Shown: piece by piece, positions 1 to 10,625 of the stretch
Numbering within the stretch: the stretch's first letter is position 1
Layout: every line of letters starts with the position of its first letter
From: Cyanidioschyzon merolae
Taxonomy: Eukaryota
Length of the DNA: 64,000 nt
Strand: one strand, 5' to 3'
Assembly: GCA_000091205.1 (NCBI GenBank)
Contig: AP006500.2
Program-made: the position numbers and the translations under genes
Notes under the pieces: generated by a model
What the model saw: the letters and a program-made list of their open reading frames with translations, nothing else
Databases searched by the model: none
What the model was told of the DNA's origin: nothing

Positions 1-1338
1 GGCTCGAGATGTGCAAGGATGAACTGAAACCGATTGCAATCGGCTGGTCACAAAGGGCTACGATGCGTCTGCGCGCAAGTGTATGTATACCCTCTATGGT
101 CGTAGAACGCTGATCGTTTCACTGGTATGTACCCGCCCACAATGGAAACGAGAATTGAAGGCACACCTCAAGGCTATTGTAACTACTCCATTGCGAACAA
201 GGTCATCATATTCGTGTTTGCAATAGTCTCGTTTGTTCGCGTCTACATCGGCAGCATGAAAGAGATCGTCAGAAAGCGCATGCCGTGCATCGACGCTGTC
301 TTCACTCAGATAACCGCCGTATGGGCGCTTGTCGGAGAAATCCTCTTAACCGTCGCAGTGGCAGCGGGCACTTCTCGCAACAGAAACCGCTGCCGGCTTT
401 TCCCTGGATTGAATTCGGGTTGCTTTTGTTCGCATGGATGATAACGCTCGGGCGTGTCTGAAGATGCCAGGAGCGGGACACTCGTGAAGAACGATCCCAT
501 TCCGATACAGCTGGGGCCCCGAAACCACTTCCGAGTCCCTGACGCGTTTCCTTCCGAAGGGGAGCACAGCGAATGGCCGGCAGACCTTGAACGTCCAGTG
601 CGGAATAGCGGACGCTCTCCCGGATGCTGGCAACAATCGCGCCAGTGAGAGTCGTTGGTTTGTGTAAACGATCCTACACCTTAAAAGAACTGAAGCGTTC
701 CTCAGCGTTCCAGGTTATGTGGATTCTGGCCAGGCCTCCTCTTTTCATGGAGCAGGTGTCCTGGAAAGAGCGTCCTCCCTCAGAGATGACGCCAGGAGCA
801 CAGACGCACTGTAGACGAGACCAGCTTCCCAAGTAGTCCTATTTGTGTCTGGTCCCCTGATGCGAAACGCGATACCCATGTCTGGGTTTGATGACATTGT
901 CCCAGAGCTCCACGGCCGCTCAGCAATTACATATCTCACTGGATGTGTGTCAACGTAGATGCATCGCTCCGGTGGTGACAGGTCTGCAGGAGGCGCACGC
1001 GCGCGCACAGCGGCCGATCTCGCGCACTGACCGAAATAGCCCACCGAATGGGGGAGAGCGCCCGCGCGCTCGCCGCCGCAGCGCGCGCACGGCTGCGTGC
1101 GTGTCCCCGATCAGCCGGCCAGTCGTCCAGAGGATCGCACCAGCGTCCGATTTGGAAGCGGCCGCACACCAAAATTGGCCTCGGATCGATTTAGGCAGTA
1201 GGTCATTCGCGGCCTGTGTCTCTCCGATCATGAAATGAACTAGTTCGGTGTTTTGGCATTTAGCGGGTGTGCTCTGTGCGGCTTTGATTGCGACAGGAAG
1301 CAATTTTGCTTTGGAACCGTAACCGTGAACCGAAAAGA

Positions 1339-2031
1339 ATGCAGCGGTACGTTACAACAATACTCAGCGTTCTTTTGCTGTGTGGGCTGCTTTTCTCTGC
1401 TCCAGGAGCGATCAGAGCGGAGATCGAGTTGAGTCTGGTGGAGCTACCGCTCGATCTTCACCATTCAATGCCGAACTACCCTTCAGGAAACTTTCCGGCG
1501 CCGTCGCCGCTGCTACCGCACCCACCAGTGTATGACGAGAATCGCACCGCAACACTCATGCTGACTGGAGCGCAGGTGCAGAACAGCAACAACGCCGGCC
1601 AGAACGACTTCGGGGTCGGGGGTGAAATTACGTTCAGCTCGGGAATCAAGTATGCAACTGTGTTCCCAAATGAAGCGCCTGGAACGTTCAAGGTTGTGAA
1701 TGCTACAGAACTACTTTCCAACATTTCCTTCGCATACTTTGTGTACTACAAGCATCCACTGGCACAATACGCATCGCTGAATTTCCCAGCAAGCAACCCG
1801 GTAGCGAGCCTCTACCAGCCTAATCAGCGTAGTCCGAACTATACTGCCGGGGCAGTGGTGATCAAACAGTCGAACGTGATGCCGTCTTCGCACGGGTCGA
1901 TCTACGTGAGCTTCAATGTCTATGACCCACAGAACACATCCCGCGTCCCGAACATCCCGAGCAGTCTACTGGACATGGGTGTTCTGAGCATCTTGGATGT
2001 ACCTTGCTCGGGGGCTGGTATCGAGTGCTGA
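1339..2031 (+). CDS. Small secreted protein, paralog A of a three-member family in this window (signal peptide MQRYVTTILSVLLLCGLLFSAPGAIRA; several N-x-S/T sites; C-terminal VPCSGAGIEC)
   Basis: Uninterrupted ORF. ATG at 1339 read directly from the sequence (the track ORF begins upstream at 1288). Hydrophobic N-terminal signal-like segment. Clear protein-level similarity to ORFs 2957..3667 and 55602..56321: shared PP[VT]Y-x-N-RTAT-x-ITG, ATV[FY]P, G[ST][FY][KR]-x-[VI]N-x-T-x-LL, YY[KA]-P-[LI]A, F-[DN][VF]-x-DP-x-N, LLD[MF]GV and VPC-x-GAGI-x-C blocks. No match to any family I can name. Confidence 0.6.
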   Translation: MQRYVTTILSVLLLCGLLFSAPGAIRAEIELSLVELPLDLHHSMPNYPSGNFPAPSPLLPHPPVYDENRTATLMLTGAQVQNSNNAGQNDFGVGGEITFSSGIKYATVFPNEAPGTFKVVNATELLSNISFAYFVYYKHPLAQYASLNFPASNPVASLYQPNQRSPNYTAGAVVIKQSNVMPSSHGSIYVSFNVYDPQNTSRVPNIPSSLLDMGVLSILDVPCSGAGIEC

Positions 2032-2956
2032 CATAGGGATCGGGTTACATTCTTTTCATTGGCTTCATCGCAGGGTGTGCGTGGATCCACCGACAACCAC
2101 TCGCATGTGGTCGTCGTCCAGCACCAAGACGCGAACACGATGCGCATTCGGTTCCGAGACATCGTCAGCAGTGTGTTGGATCGGTTCTGTGAAAATTTTG
2201 GCAAGTAAAATGATACTGGCGTTTGGGGTTTCCAGAATTGATTTTACGGCGCACGACAAGTAAACAGACGAGCGTGTCGATCCATGTCGATGTGATTCGT
2301 CGCCACGCACGCAGAGAATCTCGTTGTTCCTTTCAGATTCAGATGAGCACATCGGTAGTGACTTGTTTGGATTCCACGGACCAGATGCCTAGAAAATGGC
2401 ACACGAGCGTTGGTCAAACGTCCAAAAGAGCTAGAGAAGGAAGGATTTTCAGCATATCCGCGGTGTCTCCTGTTCCACAATTCTGGTATTCTGGTCTTGA
2501 TGCACGCTGGTCGGGGTTTCAGCGATTGCCCTCGTGCAACATTTGCATCCACAAGATCTGCGCGAAGCATGGATTCTCCTATAACGTCGTGAAGTTTCCG
2601 CACCGAGTACCAGAATGTGCCTCAGAGTGCCTGTGCTGGTATTCGGCACCTCGTGTAGCGCGCATACCAGGAAGCACCGCCAGATCAGACGCTGTCTCTG
2701 TAATCCAAATCGGGTTTCTTTCGGGTGCGCCACGCGCGCGGCAGCTGCGTGCAGCGCGCACGCGGACACGTGCACACTCGACACCCAATTTGGACACTAC
2801 AGAGGACCAGGCTCGGGACCGTGCCAGACCGGGATATCCACTCTGTGTGTAGCACTGGACCGCTGCCAATGCGAAAGCTCGTGTGCAATTGCATTTGTCT
2901 TGATATCCCGCTCAGCCAGGGTGAGTTACAAAGATAGTGTTCATTGCGCTTGTACA

Positions 2957-3667
2957 ATGTCTCGCCGACACGCATTGGGTAGCGTTGTATTGCTGGTGTT
3001 GCTCCTCGTGGGAATTCGATGCTGCATATCCGCAGCTGTTTGGCCGCGTTCAGAGATCGACACGGCACTCCTGGAAGAGGTGCTCGGGAGCGTTCGCGTG
3101 ACCGAGTCTCATGATCATGAAAGCATGGAAGGTGTGCCGTCGCCACTCCCGTCGACACCACCGGTTTACGATATGAATCGCACCGCGACTGTGGTCATCA
3201 CAGGTACGCAGGTTGTAAACAGCAACGGTGCCGGGGAGGGCCCCTATGCCTACGGGCTGGGCATCAGCTTCTTGTCAGGAATCCGCTATGCCACGGTGTA
3301 TCCGAACAACGATCCCGGGAGCTTCCGACTCATTAATGCAACAGCTTTGCTGAAAAACAACTCCTTCTTGTATTTCATCTACTACAAGTCTCCGATCGCC
3401 CAGTACTCTGCAGAGAACTCTGCCGGAAGAGCTACCGTTGCGGATTTGTACACTGAAAACCAAACGAATCCGGATTTCGTGTCCGCAGCGGTGATGATCA
3501 AGAGGCTGCGCACCACCACGGGCAATCATGGTGAGTTCTCGGCCACATTCAGCGTGTTCGATCCCCATAATACGTCCGCATTGCCGAACATACCGAATAG
3601 TTTGCTCGATTTCGGCGTTTTAGGAATACAGAATGTGCCATGCGAGAATGCCGGCATCAGCTGCTGA
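2957..3667 (+). CDS. Small secreted protein, paralog B, tandem to paralog A (signal peptide MSRRHALGSVVLLVLLLVGIRCCISAAVWP; C-terminal VPCENAGISC)
   Basis: ATG at 2957 read from the sequence; the track ORF extends upstream without an obvious coding reason. Same conserved blocks as paralog A, about 45-50% identity by eye over roughly 180 aa. Same orientation as A, separated by about 0.9 kb. Confidence 0.6.
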   Translation: MSRRHALGSVVLLVLLLVGIRCCISAAVWPRSEIDTALLEEVLGSVRVTESHDHESMEGVPSPLPSTPPVYDMNRTATVVITGTQVVNSNGAGEGPYAYGLGISFLSGIRYATVYPNNDPGSFRLINATALLKNNSFLYFIYYKSPIAQYSAENSAGRATVADLYTENQTNPDFVSAAVMIKRLRTTTGNHGEFSATFSVFDPHNTSALPNIPNSLLDFGVLGIQNVPCENAGISC

Positions 3668-5456
3668 GCCGCCCACGCCGGCTCCGATATGACGTCGACA
3701 GCGACGGATAGGGAGGTACACGCGTGACGCGGCTAAAATTGCTGCTTGAACGTTACGGAAAGATACAGATAAAACATGGAATGTTGCCTAGACGTGCGCT
3801 GGAGAAGCAGGTTCTTCTACTCGAGGTAACTGGTCAGACGCCAGGGGCGAGCTGGCGCTGCAACTCCAGGTCCGCGGTTAGCTCGATAGCCGGCCTCGCG
3901 GTGAATCGCATATCTGCTGCGATCCGCCTTCGACTGGTTTGCTGAAGCGGGGCAAGAGTTCGTACCCCGAAACACCAAGCTGTGGACGGCCTTTGCTCTC
4001 ACGGGAGCATGATGCGGCAGTCGCACGCACGATCTCATGGTCACCGCACATAATGCACCGAAAAGCGGGTTGTGCAGCGTTCTCTTCAGCGCTCTGAAAG
4101 CGTTGAACAGCGTTCAGGCAATATCTCTCAGGTTCCAGAAAGCAGATGCTTGTGATGGCAAGCGTGCGTACAAAGAAGCTTCTTGTCCCGGACGAGAATC
4201 TAAAAGGTATTTCGTCCAGCTGATCAACATCCGTAGACGCAGCATGCATTGGAGCCGCGCTCTGGACCACAGCTGAGGCATCGTCGGCCATGCGAGCCTC
4301 ACTGCACCGTGTCGAGCGTGTGCGGCACACGAGCTCCGCAGCAAATCCAAGGTATGCTCAACAAGTTCGACCCGGAGCTGTGCATGGATGTGCTCCCGGA
4401 TCCAGTTAACAATCGCGTAATCGCGGAAGCGCTCGTTCGTGGCAACGATCATAGACCTTTTAAATACGCCATGCAACTATCGAAAATCGTACTGTCGAAA
4501 ACTGAATCAAGCATGTCTATCGCGAACTTGAAATTCCAAGCTCAGACTTTGCGATTTGTTCGTATTTCAGAAGACGCACATGTGCGTCGCTCAGCATGGC
4601 TTAGACACATCCATGTATACGTTCTGCATTGAAGCAGAGTTTCGGGAGATACCCACGAAAACGCGAGATTGACGAGTGCCGCAAAGCGAAAGAATTGAGA
4701 CCTCCAGCCCGACATGCCATACGAAGATTTTGCAGAAATCTCCCTCGGCAATCGGGAACCAGGGTCTTGATCCCTGCAAGCGGCGCCAGTCTCGACCGTA
4801 TTCCAGACTCAGTTAACCCAGAGAAGCCGAAACGCGCGTGACGCGCATGCCATCGGGTGAAATCCCCTCGTGTTGCCTGAAAGCGAAACAAGCGTCTGCC
4901 CGCGTACGCACTCAAGCCGATGCACGTTGCGCAATCGTGAAGCCGTCGTGTCTTCGTCTAGCAACATTGGCGACGCACCCCCAGCGTCGCAGTGAGCACC
5001 TGTAGCGGGCTCGGGACCCCGCAGGTTCGTTGTGTTAAGCCTCTACGTCATGGACAAACATCGTTCTGCGGTCGATGGAAAGCCAAATGGCCTCTAAAAA
5101 ATAAGAAGGGTCGACTCGCCTGGATACTGGCAGTGTTCGCGCTCCCCCGGGACCAGTTCGATACAAGAGTGTTGCACCAGAGGGACCGCAGGATAACCGT
5201 ACGCGTTGCATCGGTACCCGACATTGCCGGGTGCTCCGATGGAACACATCTCCGCCCGGGCACGATGTCCAATATTGTCCAGCAGGCGATCGCTGCCCAG
5301 CATTGCACCGGACACGCCTGACGATGCCAGCTGGCGCGCGACCCGATCAGACACGCTCGATGAGGCTTACGCAGAGGAACGCCCTGTCGAACCGCACCAG
5401 CGTTCGCTTCAACGCACCTCAGTAACCGTCCGTAGTGAAGTTGCGACTGCTCAAAA

Positions 5457-6170
5457 ATGGCCCTGTCGTGCTTTTGTGCCAAACGTACTTTCCAGAGCTT
5501 CGATCGAACGCCCCTTCCCGAGTATGAAGAGAACAAGAGGAAAGTGAACGCGATTGAGAGCTCACTGGGGCGTCTCATTCGCGACCTCGAAGCGGTTCAA
5601 TCAAACTGGGTTCGGTTGGGTGACGTCTTGAAAGCGTTCGCATCCGATCTCAGCGGCGCTCTACCTGAATCAAGCAGTGAGAACGTCAAGGATACGTCAG
5701 AGAAGCTGGCAAAGTCCAGCGAGGAGGTCGGGAACGAGTTGCGCCAAACGCTGACGGCGGAAAAAGCGTCCCCCTCGAGTAAGATTCTCAGTTACCTGAA
5801 AGAGTTCCGTAAGCGGCTTGCAGAGTGCAAGCAAAAGTCATCCAAGATGGAGAACCTGGCGAAAGACTACGACGCAAGACGGGCTGTGGTCGATGACAAG
5901 GAAAAGGCGAACACTCCCGAGCCTAAGCTGCAACGCGTTCGTGATCTCATGTATGAGGCGGAGATGAAGTTCCGTGAGGCCGAGAAGAACGTGCTTCAAC
6001 TGCAGAAATCCATCATAGATGACGCACCGTTTGCGTTCGAGGCAGCGATGGTCGGTCTCGCAACCATTCTGGCCGATCGGTCGCGTCTCTTGCAGGAGAA
6101 AGGTACGACATTTCGCACAATTCGCGACGCGCAGCTGGATGCAGTTCTGAAGCGCATCGATTCAACGTGA
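5457..6170 (+). CDS. Hypothetical charged, coiled-coil-rich protein (237 aa), possibly BAR-like; no family assigned
   Basis: Clean 714-nt ORF with an ATG start at 5457. K/E/R-rich, helical-looking composition. Coding-like codon usage compared with the GC-rich noise ORFs around it. I recognise no diagnostic motif. Confidence 0.4.
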   Translation: MALSCFCAKRTFQSFDRTPLPEYEENKRKVNAIESSLGRLIRDLEAVQSNWVRLGDVLKAFASDLSGALPESSSENVKDTSEKLAKSSEEVGNELRQTLTAEKASPSSKILSYLKEFRKRLAECKQKSSKMENLAKDYDARRAVVDDKEKANTPEPKLQRVRDLMYEAEMKFREAEKNVLQLQKSIIDDAPFAFEAAMVGLATILADRSRLLQEKGTTFRTIRDAQLDAVLKRIDST

Positions 6171-8218
6171 TAGGCGTGCTTTTTTCTCAGGTCATGACGG
6201 GACCAGCGGGCATCTGCAGTGCACTGATCGCGGGGGCAGCAGCCCGTTGGCATCCCATGCAGTCAAGGCGCACTTCGATATCTCAGAACGCGGGCTATGC
6301 AACGGATGGCGCGAGCGCTACCACTGCTTCGCGTTCGCCTGGCGCTTGGAAGACCCAGTGCAGGCGTTTCATGCACGCCTGCACATTTTGACTTGGGTCC
6401 TGGTCAGGTCCAGTCGCGCAGGCCGGCGCCAATAATGCTTTGAATTCATTGAGACTATCTTTGGCGTGGATGCAGTAGCGTAAAAGTACCAAAAGATGGG
6501 ATCGGTAGTCTGGACCGCTTCGCCCCGTGAAATGAGCGCCGGCACATCGGCGGCTCCAAATACCCCAGATGGTTTGTATCCTGGGCGCCGCGTACAGTAC
6601 GTGGAGCCACGCTCTGCAGAGATGCTCACACACCGGTCCCGCAGTAAGGAACCGATCCATATCATCACCCGTGCGAGGCAGTGCGAGCAGCGTATGCATG
6701 TTGGTCGAGTTGCTTCGCTGGGGCCCATACCCTATGCAAATCAGGCCGAGGAGCACTACCGGCGGCACGGAGCTCTTTCATCTGCGAAGAGTTGCTGCCC
6801 GGTGTGCAAGTATTTCGCGCCGGGAAGCGCCCAAGTCAGCGCTCGGCACGCCGCCTTTCACGTCCAGAAACACGACCAGTACTTTATCGAATATTCACGC
6901 CGGCACCAGCGCATTCGCCGTATTCGAGCGCAGACGGATCACGGCACCAGCGAGATCGCGCTTGCCGCTGGGGCGCGTACTGCGATGCGGGTTCGAGGTT
7001 CATACCACGTATCGCCGCCAGCGGTACCGGCATTTCACTGGAAGCGATCGCTGCGATGACGGGAGTGTGCCTCTGAGACTCTATTCCATGCAAACAGAAG
7101 AGACCGGAGCCTCTGGGAGCATCTCCCGGGCGACGTATCATGGCGCTGCCGTCGAATGCCGTATTTTGGGCGTCCGCAGAGAGAGACGAGGATTTCGCAT
7201 TCAGGCCGAATCGATAAATTGACGATACAAGTCTATTGTATTTTCGGCATGAGCTTTTGAATCAGTCACCAGGCGAAGCTGTTGCGTATCTCGCCCCGTC
7301 AATCCAGCGGCGCGAATTGCTGCGCATACGCGTTGCCTCGAAATTGAAGATGCATGATCTGAGCAGGCTGCACCGAATGAAAGGAGATACCTGAAGCCTT
7401 GTTCATGTGCACGAAATCAGAATGTCAGTTATTGAACGAAATTCTGTTCGAGAATATCCCGATTCATATTGATTCCGGTGACGTTAAGCATTCCAGCTGC
7501 CAAGTGTCGAATACACCACTCCGTACCTTACCAGAGAGTCCCGGAACGACGTGGGGATCCCGAATCTCGCTTTGTTCCAATCCGAATCGCAACAGTATGC
7601 ACCTCAAAAATTTCGATATATAAGTCGAAAGACTGTAACAGTGCGATCCGTTCCCTGTTCCACGCCGTACTCTGGCACGGGTGTCATTCAGTACACAAAA
7701 TCCGTTCTTGCCCAGAGGCACCTGGGAGTGCGCCTCCAGCGCTGGCGCTGCTGCTGCTGCTGCGCACCACGGAGGCGTTTCACCGATCTCTTTTTTTAAT
7801 TTCATTGACAGAACGTTTACCTGGGCCAGCGTTCTCCGATTATGCGCATTTTTCTTTTCTTACTATTTTTGTGTGTGTTTTTTTCAGTGCGCGCCACGGA
7901 GGCGTTTCACCGATGCGCACGGATCGCGTAGCGCGGCGCGTGCGAGCGGGAACGCCGGCGCTGCTGGGGTGCGTGCGTGCGCGCGCGCGTCGCCCGTCCA
8001 CGCCGCGCATCGTGATGCTTCGGCGGCCTTCAGGGGCGCGCGCCCGCCGCCTCGCCGTCCGGGGCGCAAACTGCCCATCATCCTTGGGGACGACGATCAT
8101 CGAAGCTGGGCGCTGGCGTCGACGTGCCCGTTCATATAGAGTGTGCGCTGTGGTATTGAGTGAACATCGACTCGTGTCGGGCACAAGGCACACACCAAAT
8201 AAGCTTTCAACACGTGGT

Positions 8219-9628
8219 ATGGCGCCGCGAAGTGGTTTCGTTCCAGTAACTGGAGAGCGGCTGCTGTGGCGGTCGAGAGGCTCTCTGGGTGGTGTACCCT
8301 CGCGGGGGCTACCTCCTGATAACCCAATTCGGAGCGGAGGCTGGGGTGCGTTCTGTTCGCGCCGGTTCTCTGAGCGGGCGTGTCCCGCGCGAATTTTGCG
8401 CTGTACTCCTGCGCGCAACCGGGCAAGCTCGCGCAGGGGCGTACTCAGCCTTCGAGCAGAGGAGGACTATTACGCAAGGCTGGGTGTGTCGCGGAACGCA
8501 GCTGCGGACGAAATCCGACGCGCTTTCCGCCAAAAGGCGCGCATGCTGCACCCCGACGTCAACAAAGCACCGAACGCCAAGGAAGAGTTTCAGAAATTGT
8601 CTGAGGCGTATGAGGTGCTCTCGGACGAGAACCTCCGCAAGCGCTACGATATGTTCGGTGAGGCCGGTGTGAAGGGAGCGGCGGCGAGCTCTGGTGGCGG
8701 GCCCACCGGCTTCGCGGACTTTGCGGACCTTGGCGGTCTGGGTGATATCTTTGACCAGTTTTTTGGGGGCGCGGCTTCTGGTCGTGCGCGCGCCCGGCGT
8801 AGCGGTCCCGAGCCCGGTGAAGACCTCCGACTAGACCTCGAGATAGACTTTGAGAAAGCCATTTTCGGCGGCGAGGAGAAAATACGAATCAGTCACTTGG
8901 AAACCTGCGAAACTTGCAGCGGATCCGGGATGCGCCCGGGTTCCTCGCCACGAATGTGCACGATGTGCGGCGGCGCAGGGGTCGTGACGCAGGTTGCGCG
9001 GACCCCGCTAGGCGCTTTCCAGTCGACGCAAACGTGTCCGAATTGCCGCGGGGCAGGAGAAGTAGTCGATGAATACTGTGGCACGTGCGGCGGGCGAGGT
9101 CGTGTACAGACGCAGAAGCAGCTCATGCTCACCATTCCCGCTGGGGTGGATGATGGCTCCAGGCTACGTGTCCGCTCCGAGGGCGATGCTGGTACCCGCG
9201 GCGGGCCACCCGGTGACCTCTACGTGTACATCAAGGTTCGTCCGCATCCCGAATTTCGCCGAGAGGATCTCGACATTTATTCGGAGTTCACCGTGTCGTA
9301 CCTCGACGCCATTCTCGGTCGGCGCATACGTGTGAACACGATTCACGGCCCTGTGGAGGTTTCGCTTCCGCCGGGTACGCAGCCTGGCACTGTACTGCGA
9401 ATTGCCGATAAGGGTGTACCGAAACTGGGATCGCCAACACGCCGTGGACACCACTACTTAACAATCAAGGTTAGTATACCGAAGCAATTAAGCGATGCGG
9501 AGCGAAAGCTCATCGAAGAATTGGATCGCCTTCGAAAGGAGGATGCGCACCAGAACGGCTCCGCCAGCGGAACAGATGACAAGAAACGGGGAGGCATCTT
9601 CGGAGGCTTTGGGCCTAAAATGAAGTAG
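8219..9628 (+). CDS. Type I DnaJ/Hsp40 chaperone with an N-terminal organellar presequence (J domain, G/F-rich linker, 4x CxxCxGxG zinc-finger repeats, C-terminal substrate-binding domain)
   Basis: J domain [62 protein letters not shown] including the HPD motif. Gly/Phe-rich stretch. Zinc-finger repeats [24 protein letters not shown] and CGTCGGRG. The upstream part of the ORF is R/S/A-rich and presequence-like. The start is uncertain: in-frame ATGs at 7913, 8015 and 8219 are all possible, and the track ORF start at 7469 is a TTG. Confidence 0.85.
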   Translation: MAPRSGFVPVTGERLLWRSRGSLGGVPSRGLPPDNPIRSGGWGAFCSRRFSERACPARILRCTPARNRASSRRGVLSLRAEEDYYARLGVSRNAAADEIRRAFRQKARMLHPDVNKAPNAKEEFQKLSEAYEVLSDENLRKRYDMFGEAGVKGAAASSGGGPTGFADFADLGGLGDIFDQFFGGAASGRARARRSGPEPGEDLRLDLEIDFEKAIFGGEEKIRISHLETCETCSGSGMRPGSSPRMCTMCGGAGVVTQVARTPLGAFQSTQTCPNCRGAGEVVDEYCGTCGGRGRVQTQKQLMLTIPAGVDDGSRLRVRSEGDAGTRGGPPGDLYVYIKVRPHPEFRREDLDIYSEFTVSYLDAILGRRIRVNTIHGPVEVSLPPGTQPGTVLRIADKGVPKLGSPTRRGHHYLTIKVSIPKQLSDAERKLIEELDRLRKEDAHQNGSASGTDDKKRGGIFGGFGPKMK

Positions 9629-10598
9629 CCCTCGCTGACGGTTGCGAGTCGAGCACATGAGGCGAGCGACTCCATCTTCGTTCGTGGCCTGCATAAGCGC
9701 GACAGCGACTGCCCCTGACACCAACGAATATGGCGTTGGACAGGATGCCACGGCGAGTCGATGCGGCCATACCTGTTGCGTTTCTTTTCTGGCACTCCCT
9801 GAGCTTGGAAGATTGTCACAAGAACCGTATTTCAATCAGCAAGCTGTAGGGCGTGAGCGAGCACGAGCATGTGCGACTTGCTGGCCGGTGCATTTCCTTT
9901 AACCTCATCGCTGCAGCGCCTCGGTCAATGCACCATCAGAGGGATACGCATGCGTCTGTAAATGTCGGAAATCAGGTCGTGTGCCATGGATTCGTCATGA
10001 TGCCTTTTGGGGGCACCATGTGTACGACGAGGTTGGTCAGTGAGGCACGAGGCCACGGCTTCGCCTGTGGCGATTGCATCCGCCGGTGCCGCATGCCGCT
10101 GCCAAGAATAGTTGACGGGAGACAGATCCGGGCCTGTGGGGGCGTTTGTCACGCGGAGCGTCTCGCCCTGCTGGGAAGCGGAACGTCTAAAGTGTCAAGA
10201 AGCTTCGGTTTTAGCGGCATTGGCAAAGAAGTTGTGGCACTACGCGCAGTAATGGAGAACAACGCGACACGATTCGCCTCTACGAACAGCCCAGGAACAC
10301 CGTGCCCAGTGGATATGCAGACGGCGTTGCAGCGTTTCTGGGGTGGTAACGGTACCCTAATCATGCCTTGCGTGTGGCGAGAATCCAACGCCCACTCTCC
10401 TGGCCGCTGATCTTTTTAAATCGAAAATATTCAGCGTTCCAGCACAATACCCACACGGAGTACTTAATGATTTCCTCGAAAGTTCACTTGAAACAAAGAC
10501 GCTAGACGCTGCGGAAGCACGAAGCATTGGCGGATGTTGAGCGGGGCGCTCCAGTCTCGGTTCAGAAGCTGCGCGCGCGCATTGGTACTATACGGGAG

Positions 10599-10625
10599 AA
10601 ACACACACACACACACACACACACG
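10599..10625. repeat. (AC)n dinucleotide microsatellite
   Basis: Run of about 13 AC units read directly from the sequence. Intergenic. Confidence 0.9.

Noticed and set aside
3878-4476. Two overlapping minus-strand ORFs in different frames (3878..4330 and 4114..4476) that could be one frameshifted gene
   Set aside because: No recognisable domain, and the frame overlap is long (about 200 nt) rather than a clean single-base shift. There is not enough evidence to call a gene or a pseudogene.
7469-8218. About 250 codons of extra N-terminal ORF upstream of the DnaJ J-domain gene
   Set aside because: It starts at a TTG. Its composition is R/A-rich with an intervening T-rich non-coding-looking segment and a repeat. 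It is far longer than any known DnaJ presequence, so I treat it as 5' UTR or upstream sequence rather than coding.
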